NCBI GenBank assembly: GCA_963761305.1
Contig: CAVXGK010000002.1
Span: forward strand, 256,001 to 320,000
From: an uncultured Gemmatimonadaceae bacterium
Lineage (GTDB): Bacteria; Gemmatimonadota; Gemmatimonadetes; Gemmatimonadales; Gemmatimonadaceae
Length of the DNA: 64,000 bases
Direction of reading: 5' to 3'
Shown: positions 17,762 through 26,054 of the stretch, in pieces
How the letters are laid out: each line of letters opens with the position of its first letter
How positions within the stretch are numbered: the first letter of the stretch is position 1
Program-made: the position numbers and the translations under genes
Notes under the pieces: generated by a model
What the model saw: the letters and a program-made list of their open reading frames with translations, nothing else
What the model was told of the DNA's origin: nothing
Databases searched by the model: none

Positions 17762-19975
17762 CTACGTGGTGTCTCCGATTCCTCTCCGGCTCGTGCGGAG
17801 ACCGAACGTCCAGCGTCGCCCGCCGAAGGGGAAATCGACGAGCATCGACGCCGGTCGATCGAAGACGTTTTCGACGCCGAGCATTCCCTCGAGACGCCAG
17901 TTGGCGCGCACGAGTGGCACGGCCAGATGGACGTCGGTGAGCCAGTAGGGTTCGAGCGAGTTGAGATCGGTGCCTGCGACGGTGCGCCGGCTGCCGACGT
18001 AGCGCGTCTCGACGTCGAGGCGCGCGAACGACCGCGCGACCGACTCGGTGACGCGCGCCGTGACCCGCGGGCGGTAGATGACTTGCCCCGTCTGCGCCGG
18101 ACCGACGTACGTCACGTCGGTGTGGTCGACGCTTCCGCCGATCGCCGCGCCCGAGAAGGTCGGCACCGAGAGTCGGCCGCCGAGTTGCCAGCCGGAGCGG
18201 CGCACGTCGACGTTCGCGGGGCTCCAGATGAACCGGAAATCCGGCGCCCAGAGGACCATGCCGTGGACGTCGGCGCGGAACACGGCCGCGTCGCCGCTGA
18301 GTGTCGCAACGCCGAGCGAGAAGTCGCGGACGGCGGCGCGAAGCTCCGTCTCGCCGCGCGTGCGCTCGGGCGCGAGCGACGGATTCGCCTTGACGAGCAC
18401 CCCTTCGTGGAAGAACTGATCGGCGAGCGAGGGCGGGGAATAGCCGTTGCCGATCGAACCGGAGAGCGAGGCGACGCCGCGAGTGACCTCGACCGACGCG
18501 CGCGGCGAGTTCGCGGTGGCGGCGAGGAGATCGTCGTGGTCGACGCGATCGTTGAGCGTCGCGGCAAGTCCGACGACGCCGAGGTCGCGCTCGGAGCGGA
18601 GATTCGCGTACGCGCCGACGATGCGCTGCAAACGAGGCGATCCGGGAGCCAACGACGTCGACGTCACGTCGATCTGCCGCGCGTCGGCACCCAGCGTCGC
18701 GTCGCCGATCGCGCTCGTCGCCCTGGCCGATGTCGCGCCGTGCGCTTCGGTGGCCCTCAGCACGTCGTCGTACGACGACCCGAACGGCGGCGTGGGGTCG
18801 GAGAAGTGAGCGTAGTCGCGCGAGACGCTTGCGGACCCGTCGAACGACAACGTGCCGGGGACCGACGTGAACTCGAGCGCGGCGGACGAGTGATTCTCGT
18901 CGTCGCGCCCCGTCAGCGACGGTTGCACGATGCTGCCGGCGACGCCTCGATCCGTCGAGTGCCAATCGGCCCGAAGGCGCAGGGCTCCGAGCGCGCCATC
19001 GAAGCCGCCGACGCCAAGCAGGTTCGTCGTCGACGCGTCGGAGTTGGCGCGACTCGCCGTGCCGCCGCCGCGAACCGCCGGCACGTCGTACGTGAAGTCC
19101 CCCTGAATCGTGCGACGCTCGGCGGAAACCAGCCCGCTGGGGCCGGAACCCGAATGCGCCGCGTCGCCGATGGACCCGCCGATCGCCCGCTCACCCCACG
19201 AGCCGGCGTCCATCGACAGCGATCCTTCGCCGGCGGCGCGACGCGTCTCGACGACGATCGCGCCCGCAAGCGCGCGCCCGCCGAAGCGCGACGACTGCGC
19301 GCCCTCGAGCACTGTGACCCGCTCGACGGTGGCGAGTGACAACTGGGAGAGATCGGCGACGCCGGTGAGCGGCGAGTTGGCGACGACGCCGTCGACGACG
19401 ACGAGCACCTCCGCTGCGCTCGATCCGCGGATCGACGCCTCAGTAGGTTGACCCGGGCCGCCGCTGCGCGTGACGACGAGCCCCGGTACCGCCGAGAGCA
19501 GCTCGCCCACGTCGTGGCGGCCGGAGGCCTCGATGGCCGCGCGGTCGAACGTGACTGCGTTTCGGTCGGCGTCGTTGCGTCGCGCCGAGCTCACGACCGT
19601 CGAGAGTTGCGCGGGGGTGGGTGTGAGTGAGGCGTCGAGCGTCGCCGTGCGGCCGTTCTCGATCGCGACGTCGCGCCGCAGCGGCGAATAGCCGACGGCG
19701 CGGACGGTGACCGTGTACGTCTGCGGCTCGAGCCCACGCAGGACGAACGAACCGTCCGCCTCGGCCCGCGCGAACTCGGCGCGGTCGGCGATCTCGATGC
19801 GCGCGCCGGAGAGGGCGCGCCCGGTCGTCGCGTCGGTGACGCGGCCGCGCAGTTCGCCCGGCACCTGTGCGGTCGCACGCGGTGCCATGAACAGGAACGC
19901 CAGCACGCACGCCGCGGCGCCGAGCGATCGCGTCGCTCGACGAACATGGCAGGCCATACCGGCGTCCAAAAACAT
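17762..19975 (-). CDS. btuB: TonB-dependent receptor, probable cobalamin transporter
   Basis: N-terminal carboxypeptidase-regulatory-like domain, plug (SIRGS..VLVVVDGV, ERVTVLEG), ENVFD..GRRW C-terminus; cobalamin riboswitch upstream. Confidence 0.85.
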   Translation of the reverse strand: MFLDAGMACHVRRATRSLGAAACVLAFLFMAPRATAQVPGELRGRVTDATTGRALSGARIEIADRAEFARAEADGSFVLRGLEPQTYTVTVRAVGYSPLRRDVAIENGRTATLDASLTPTPAQLSTVVSSARRNDADRNAVTFDRAAIEASGRHDVGELLSAVPGLVVTRSGGPGQPTEASIRGSSAAEVLVVVDGVVANSPLTGVADLSQLSLATVERVTVLEGAQSSRFGGRALAGAIVVETRRAAGEGSLSMDAGSWGERAIGGSIGDAAHSGSGPSGLVSAERRTIQGDFTYDVPAVRGGGTASRANSDASTTNLLGVGGFDGALGALRLRADWHSTDRGVAGSIVQPSLTGRDDENHSSAALEFTSVPGTLSFDGSASVSRDYAHFSDPTPPFGSSYDDVLRATEAHGATSARATSAIGDATLGADARQIDVTSTSLAPGSPRLQRIVGAYANLRSERDLGVVGLAATLNDRVDHDDLLAATANSPRASVEVTRGVASLSGSIGNGYSPPSLADQFFHEGVLVKANPSLAPERTRGETELRAAVRDFSLGVATLSGDAAVFRADVHGMVLWAPDFRFIWSPANVDVRRSGWQLGGRLSVPTFSGAAIGGSVDHTDVTYVGPAQTGQVIYRPRVTARVTESVARSFARLDVETRYVGSRRTVAGTDLNSLEPYWLTDVHLAVPLVRANWRLEGMLGVENVFDRPASMLVDFPFGGRRWTFGLRTSRRGIGDTT

Positions 19976-20087
19976 GAAACCCGTCCTGGCTCGATCGAGA
20001 GCGGGGACGGGGCGAAGGAGAGGGCACCGGGAGTCGGCGACTTCGCGTTCGACCCCGCGCCCCTCCCTCGAGGGGTTCTGTGCGGGA

Positions 20088-20268
20088 ATGAACGGGGACG
20101 GTCTCCTGGCTCGAGACAGTCTGGCTCGCCTTCCCAGCGCCGAACGCGCCAGTGGACATTGAGCAGACCTGGTCCGCGAACGACGACGAATCGTCGGTCG
20201 CGAAGTCTCTTACAGTGGCGGGGCCGCGCCGGATTCGCACCGGCTTCCTACAGCTTGCCCCCGTTCAC
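20088..20268 (-). ncRNA. Cobalamin (AdoCbl) riboswitch
   Basis: Minus strand: P1 GTGAACGGGG/CCCCGTTCAT, AGGAAGCCGGTGCGAATCCGG, GCCCCGCCACTGT, CCACTG..TGGGAAGG, B12 box GAGCCAGGAGACC. Confidence 0.95.
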
Positions 20269-20325
20269 GTGGTTCGGTTGTGAAGGGGACTCTACACGGA
20301 GTTGGTCGCGGTGCGCAAGTCGGTC

Positions 20326-20450
20326 GACCGGTAGACCGGTAGACCGGTAGACCGGTAGACCGGTCAGATTTCAGAAGCACAGTTCGCTGTTGTCCTGTCC
20401 ACCCGTCCACCACCCGTCCACCACCCGTCCACCCGTCCACCTGTCCGCCC
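20326..20450. repeat. Paired 8-bp arrays: (GACCGGTA)x~5, ~30 bp spacer, (ACCCGTCC)-type array
   Basis: Same unit family as 2880-2971; the two arrays are in inverted orientation. Confidence 0.9.
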
Positions 20451-21041
20451 ATGACAGAACTCGAATCAGTCTGTGTTTTCTGCGCCTCGAGCCTCGGCGC
20501 GCGGCCGCTGTACGCGGAATCGGCGCGAGGCTTCGGTGCGGCGCTCGCGGCGCGCGGGATCACTCTCGTTTTCGGCGGCGGTTGTGTGGGGCTCATGGGC
20601 GAGCTGGCCGACGCGACGCTCGCGGCGGGTGGACGCGCGATCGGGGTGATTCCTCGGCCGCTGGTTGAACGCGAGATCGCGCACCGCGGGCTCACCGCAC
20701 TGCACGTCGTCGAGACCATGCACGAGCGCAAGCAGTTGATGGCGGATCTCGCCGGTGCGTTCGTGATGCTGCCGGGTGGATTCGGAACGTGGGACGAGTT
20801 CTGCGAGGTCGCCACTTGGGCGCAGCTCGGCATCCACCAGAAGCCGCTTGGCGTGTTGAACGTCGGCGGCTACTACGATCCGATGCTCGCGATGGCCGAC
20901 CGCGCCGTGGCCGAGGGCTTCGTGAACGCCGTGCGTCGCGACAACCTGGTCGTGGACGACGACGGGACGCGCCTCCTCGATCGCCTCGAGACCGTCCCGA
21001 GGCTCACCGAGGTGAAATGGGTGCCGGCTGTCGCCCCGTAA
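20451..21041 (+). CDS. LOG family nucleotide phosphoribohydrolase (TIGR00730-like)
   Basis: VCVFCASS, GGGCVGLMG, MHERKQLM, LPGGFGTWDE. Confidence 0.93.
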   Translation: MTELESVCVFCASSLGARPLYAESARGFGAALAARGITLVFGGGCVGLMGELADATLAAGGRAIGVIPRPLVEREIAHRGLTALHVVETMHERKQLMADLAGAFVMLPGGFGTWDEFCEVATWAQLGIHQKPLGVLNVGGYYDPMLAMADRAVAEGFVNAVRRDNLVVDDDGTRLLDRLETVPRLTEVKWVPAVAP

Positions 21042-21158
21042 GGGACAACGAAGGGCGATTTCGCAGCGGATTGACCCGGGCGGTGCGTTTCTCAATTATC
21101 ACGTCGGATGGGTCGGCGTGCCGACCTGCTGATTTGCACACGATTCTCGGGGGACACC

Positions 21159-22172
21159 GTGCGCCGTTCGCCAAACGTGGTCTGCATCGCTCTCGTCGCG
21201 CTCGTGGCGACTTCACCCGTCGCCGCGGTCGCGCAGACACCGGCCGGAGCGCCGGCCGCGGGGGCGATGAGTCACGAGGATCTGATGACCTTCGCCAAAG
21301 CGCAGGTTGAGATCGGCGTCGCCCGGGACTCGATCGTCGTGAGACTGGCGTCGATTCGGAACACGAAGCCCGAGTCGCAGCAGGGCTTGCAGGACTCGCT
21401 CCGCGCGCAGATCGCGGAAATCCTGCACCACAACGGCCTGACCGAGGCGGATTACGAGCACAAGGTCTACCTGGTCAGCGTCGATCCGGGGATTCGAAGG
21501 GACTTCGACGCGATGGTGGCGCAGATCAGCGGCGTGCCGACGCCGGGACTGCTCCCGCCGCCGCCACCGCACGTGAACGTGATCCCGCCCGCCGACCTGC
21601 CTGCCGGCGCCGTCGGCACGCACATCGGCCACGTGATCAACGGGTTCAGCGACACGCCCAACGGCGACGGACTCCTGACGGTGGCGATCGCCGAGGCGAA
21701 GGTTGCGATCCAGCACGCCGGTCTCGCGGGACGACAGCCGGGGAATCTCGACGCGATGAAGCTGCACGCGGGGCACGTCATCAACGCCCTCGACCCCACG
21801 ATCGTGACGACGGGTCCGGGACTCGGCTATGGCCTCAAGAAGGCCGCGCTGGGTACGGCGACCCACATCGAGCTCGCCGCGAAGGCGCCGGGCGCGTCGC
21901 CCAACGTCACGATGCACGCCGGGCACATCGCTCAGGCCGCGAGGAACAGCGCGATGCGTGCGGACTCGGTGATCGCGATCGCCAAGCAGGTCCAAGCCTC
22001 GACGTCGGCCCCGGAAGCGGCGGCGCTGGTCAGCCGAATGGCGTCGATGTCGGAGCAGCTGATGGCCGGGTTCGACGCGAACGGCGACGGCCGCGTGACG
22101 CCGGACGAAGGCGGACTACAACTGGCGCTGGATCACGTCAAGCTGATGGTCGCGGGCGAGAAAAAATCGTAG
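21159..22172 (+). CDS. Exported protein: DUF4168-like N-domain plus His-rich helical C-domain
   Basis: Signal peptide (AVA-Q); poly-Pro linker; THIGH/LHAGH/MHAGH motifs; EF-hand-like DANGDGRVT. Confidence 0.7.
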   Translation: MRRSPNVVCIALVALVATSPVAAVAQTPAGAPAAGAMSHEDLMTFAKAQVEIGVARDSIVVRLASIRNTKPESQQGLQDSLRAQIAEILHHNGLTEADYEHKVYLVSVDPGIRRDFDAMVAQISGVPTPGLLPPPPPHVNVIPPADLPAGAVGTHIGHVINGFSDTPNGDGLLTVAIAEAKVAIQHAGLAGRQPGNLDAMKLHAGHVINALDPTIVTTGPGLGYGLKKAALGTATHIELAAKAPGASPNVTMHAGHIAQAARNSAMRADSVIAIAKQVQASTSAPEAAALVSRMASMSEQLMAGFDANGDGRVTPDEGGLQLALDHVKLMVAGEKKS

Positions 22173-22214
22173 AGACGTCTGACGTCAGACTTCTGACATC
22201 AGACGTCTGACATC
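22173..22214. repeat. 7-bp tandem array (WGACNTC)x6
   Basis: agacgtc-tgacgtc-agacttc-tgacatc-agacgtc-tgacatc between convergent genes. Confidence 0.85.
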
Positions 22215-22238
22215 TGTCCGCCGGACCGACCGGTCCGC

Positions 22239-22490
22239 CTAGTCGTCGTGACTCGCCTCGTACTCTCTTTGAGCGCGCGTGCGATCCGACGCCTGCTGCG
22301 CGTCACGGCGTTTGGCGGCACGCATCGCGAGGGCCTTGGTCGATTCCGACTTCACGCGCGGCATCGACAGCAAGCGCTCGGCGTCTTCCGACTGGCACTC
22401 CGGACACGTCGGAAGCTTGGAAGACGAACCGCGCGTGAGGGCCTCGAACTCGTGCCCGCACGCGCGGCATACATAGTCGAAAATCGGCAT
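22239..22490 (-). CDS. FmdB-family zinc-ribbon protein
   Basis: MPIFDYVCRACGHEFE..CPECQS..RLLS signature. Confidence 0.9.
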   Translation of the reverse strand: MPIFDYVCRACGHEFEALTRGSSSKLPTCPECQSEDAERLLSMPRVKSESTKALAMRAAKRRDAQQASDRTRAQREYEASHDD

Positions 22491-22508
22491 CGAACTGCTA
22501 GGCGTCCG

Positions 22509-24614
22509 TCAGCAGGAGACGCAGTGGTGCTGGTTCTTCGCGCCGAGCTTCTCGAGCAGCGCGATCGTTTCGGGGTAGGGCCGCAGGCGTTGCACCGGCC
22601 CGTTCGCCATGTCCACCGTCGTGTGTCCGTCGCGCGAAACGGCCCGCGGGTCGGCGCCGTGTGCGACGAGGTATAGGATCATCTCGTTGTCGCCACGCGC
22701 GGCGGCTTGGTGTAGAGGCGTATAGCCGCGCACGTCGCGCTGGTTCACGTCGGCGTGCAGTTCCTCGACGAGGTAGCGCACCGCCGGCATCCAGCCGTCG
22801 GGCGCGTGCCGGTGCGAGTTGCCGGCAAACCCGTTGCCGTAGCCCTCGCCCGCCGCGGCGTCAATCGGGTAGACGCCAAGACCGACGGGCGCCGCCTTGG
22901 CGGCTGAGTCGATCGCGGGATCGAGAATCGGCGCAGCCCCACGCCCGCCACCGCCGCCTCCCCCCCCACCACGGCCGGCGAACTGCGCGGCGCGCGTCGC
23001 GGAGTCGAACGCGGCGATGTCTCCGGGCGGCGCACCGCGCGCGGCACCGCCGCCGCCACGGCCACCGCGACCACCGCGGCCGCCACCTTGCGGCGCGCGA
23101 ATCGCCGGGATGTTCGGATCGGCGCCGTACTGCACGAGCAGCTTCATCGCGTCGACGTCCACGGCGTACGCCGCACGCCAGAACGCCGTCGAGCCGTCGA
23201 GATACTCGAGACCGCAGTTCGCGTTGCCGCAGTTGTTGAACGCGAAGTACCACGGCTGCGTGCCGAGCTTGGTGTTGACGTCGGCCTTGGCGTCGAGGAG
23301 CGCCTTCATGACATCGAGATACGTCGCCTTCTGGTTCTGAATCGCCTGCGGCTGCGGATAGCGCGACTTGGGGGCCCACTGCGTGTTGATCGTGGCGTAG
23401 AGCGGCGTCATGCCCACGTTGCTGGCGATGTTCGGATTGGCGCCGCGCTGCACGAGCAGCATGGCGACGTCGAACTGGCCGTTGATCGCGGCGATGAGAA
23501 GCGGCGTCGTGTGATCGACGCGGCTTGTGTCGTTGATGTCGGCGCCACCGTCGAGCAGCGCGCGCGCCGCTTCGACGTTGCCTTGGCGCGCGGCGTGATG
23601 CAGGGCGGTGAATCCGCCCACGCCGCCCACCGTCCCGTTGTAGCCGGCGACGCCGCCGTTCAGCGTGTCGACTTCCTCGGTCACTTGTGCGTTGGCGGCG
23701 GGACGCGCCGCTTCCGCGAGACGGCCGGAGTCGATCGCGGCTTCAATCTCGGCCGCGGTGAAGGGACCCTTGGGCTGCGGTCCGCCGCCACGCCCTCCGC
23801 CTCCGCCTCCGCCACCACCACGCCGCGCAAAACCAGCGGCAGCCGGACCCGCCTCGGCCGCGGCGATCGAGTCGGCGTGGGCCAGCGCCTTTGCCGCGGC
23901 CGCGACCGAGTCACGGCGCGACTGCGGTTCGAACGCGATGAGCACTTCGTTCCGTTTCTTCGTTCCGGCCTGATCGCGCGCCGCGTCTTCCTGCAGGTTC
24001 ATGACGTTCGAACGCAGCGTGGGATCGGCGCCCTTCGCGAGCAAGACCTTGATGGCCGACGCCCGATTGTTCTCGGCGGCGAAGAAGAGCGGCGTCTGAC
24101 CCCACTCGTTTTCTCGTGCGTTCGGGTTCGCGCCTTTCTCGAGCAACGCCGACACGGCATCCGGATTTCCGGCCGCGGCCGCGAGGTGCAGTGCCGTGGC
24201 ACCGCTAGCGTCGGGACGATTGGGATCGGCGCCGGCCGCGAGGAGCGCTTTCACGACGACCGGAGAGCCTGAGCGGCTCGCCAATTCCAGCGGCGTATAT
24301 GAGCCGATGCGCGTCGTCGCCTTCACGTTCGCGTGGGCGCGCAGCAATGTGCTGGTCATGGCCGAATCGCCGTGCTCCGCCGCCCAATGCAGGGCGGTCA
24401 TGCCGTCGCCTTCGGGCACGTTCACGTCGGCGCCCTGAGCGATCAGCTTTTTCATCGTCGCCGCATCTCTGTCTTTCGCGGCGTCGGCGACCGCCGGCGT
24501 GTGCGCCGGCGGGAGCGGGAGCGTGACTTTTCCGCGCGTGTCCTTCTGTTGCGCGAAGCCCTGTGCGCTCACCGCGACGAGCAGCGACGCACCGAGCAGG
24601 CTGATTCGTTTCAT
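22509..24614 (-). CDS. Exported ankyrin-repeat protein
   Basis: Signal peptide; many GxTALHxAA ankyrin repeats; Gly/Arg inserts; C-terminal HHCVSC. Confidence 0.92.
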   Translation of the reverse strand: MKRISLLGASLLVAVSAQGFAQQKDTRGKVTLPLPPAHTPAVADAAKDRDAATMKKLIAQGADVNVPEGDGMTALHWAAEHGDSAMTSTLLRAHANVKATTRIGSYTPLELASRSGSPVVVKALLAAGADPNRPDASGATALHLAAAAGNPDAVSALLEKGANPNARENEWGQTPLFFAAENNRASAIKVLLAKGADPTLRSNVMNLQEDAARDQAGTKKRNEVLIAFEPQSRRDSVAAAAKALAHADSIAAAEAGPAAAGFARRGGGGGGGGGRGGGPQPKGPFTAAEIEAAIDSGRLAEAARPAANAQVTEEVDTLNGGVAGYNGTVGGVGGFTALHHAARQGNVEAARALLDGGADINDTSRVDHTTPLLIAAINGQFDVAMLLVQRGANPNIASNVGMTPLYATINTQWAPKSRYPQPQAIQNQKATYLDVMKALLDAKADVNTKLGTQPWYFAFNNCGNANCGLEYLDGSTAFWRAAYAVDVDAMKLLVQYGADPNIPAIRAPQGGGRGGRGGRGGGGAARGAPPGDIAAFDSATRAAQFAGRGGGGGGGGGRGAAPILDPAIDSAAKAAPVGLGVYPIDAAAGEGYGNGFAGNSHRHAPDGWMPAVRYLVEELHADVNQRDVRGYTPLHQAAARGDNEMILYLVAHGADPRAVSRDGHTTVDMANGPVQRLRPYPETIALLEKLGAKNQHHCVSC

Positions 24615-24626
24615 GCCGCGTCCTCC

Positions 24627-26028
24627 TCAGACGCTGAGTGCGAACTCACCCGTGCTGTCGCCGAAGCTCTTCACGTCGTCCATCCCAGCCTGTGCATCAG
24701 CGTGAGGAACACGTTGGCCATCGGCGTGCCGTCGGGCGCCTTGAGGTGCGTCTCGCCGGCGATGCGTCCGTTGCCGTGTCCGAGCACCAGGAGCGGGCAG
24801 CGACGATGATTGTGGATGTTGCCGTCGGCCATCGGCGAGCCGTACATGATCATCGTCTGCTCGAGCAGGCTCTGCTCGCCGTCCATCGTGTTCGCGAGCT
24901 TGTCGAGGAAGTACGGCAGCATGCTCACGTGGTAGCGATTGATCTTGTTGAAGTCGAGGATCGCCGACTCGCGGCCGCCGTGGTGCGACGCCGGGTGGAA
25001 GCCCTTGTCGGTGCCGCTCTCCGGAGATTGCGCGGCTCGACGCATCGCGGCCCGTCTTGAACGAGAACACGCGCGTCATGTCCGACTGGAACGCCAGCAC
25101 CTGGAAGTCGAACATCAGCTTCATGTGTTCGGCGAACGAATCCGGCACGCCGACCGGCGCCTCCGGCAGCTCGCGCGCCTCACCGCTCGAGTTGCGCGCC
25201 TCGACGGCCTGGATGCGGCGCTCGAGCTCGCGAATGTCCTGGAGATACTTGTCGAGCCGCTGCTGATCCGACGGACCGAGTTGGCGCTTCAGAGAATTCG
25301 TCTCGCCGGTGATCCAATCGAGAATGCTCTGATTCGCCTTGCGGCGCGACATGCGGTCGGCGTTGTTGTTGCCCGCGCCGAACAGCAGATCGAACGCCAT
25401 GCGCGGATTGCGGATCATCGGCAGCGGCTCGCTCGGGCTCGCCCAGCTGATCGTGTCCGTGTATGCGCACGCGTAGTTGTAGTAGCAGCCGCCGGCCTGG
25501 TCGAGATTCTCGATGCAGAGCTGCATCGACGGGATCGCCGCGTCGCCGCCGATGTGGCGCGCGATCAGCTGATCCATCGACGTGCCGACGTAGAGATCCG
25601 AGCCCTGGGTCTGCTTCGGGTGCGACTGCGTAAGGAACACGGCGCTCGACCGGAAGTGGTCGCCGCCGATCTCCGGCGCGTCGAACGCTTCGGCCATGCG
25701 CGTGTCGGTGTTGCTGACGATCGTGAGATGCTTGCGCCACGGCTCGAGCGGAATCAGCGCGCCGTCGGGATTGAGCACGAAATCCTTCCCGGTCGCCGGC
25801 GGGCGCCCAGAGGTTCTTGGACGCGCCCCAGATGTTGCTGCCGGCCGCGCCGTGCACCGACTCGATGGCGACGAACCGCGTCTTGCCGCCGGGCGCCGCG
25901 GCGACAGACCGCTTGGTCAGCGCGCCGAGTGTCGGCACCATCGCGTCGAGGTAGGGCAGTGCGACGGCCGCGCCCAGTCCGCGAAGGAACGTCCGCCGGG
26001 GCAACGCCTTTCCAGTGAGGATCTCCAT
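24627..26028 (-). CDS. DUF1552 protein (Tat-like N-terminus), split by ~3 frameshifts
   Basis: LPRRTFLRGLGAAVALPYLDAM; YACAYTDTISW; FGDSTG end; frame breaks at ~25797, ~25028, ~24685. Confidence 0.85.
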
Positions 26029-26054
26029 GGTCCGCCTTCCCCCGAGTCGGGTTG

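Noticed and set aside
16602..18965. 787-aa ORF or receptor-propeller fusion
   Set aside because: The extension overlaps btuB in another frame; the real start is ATG 17693 with a lipobox
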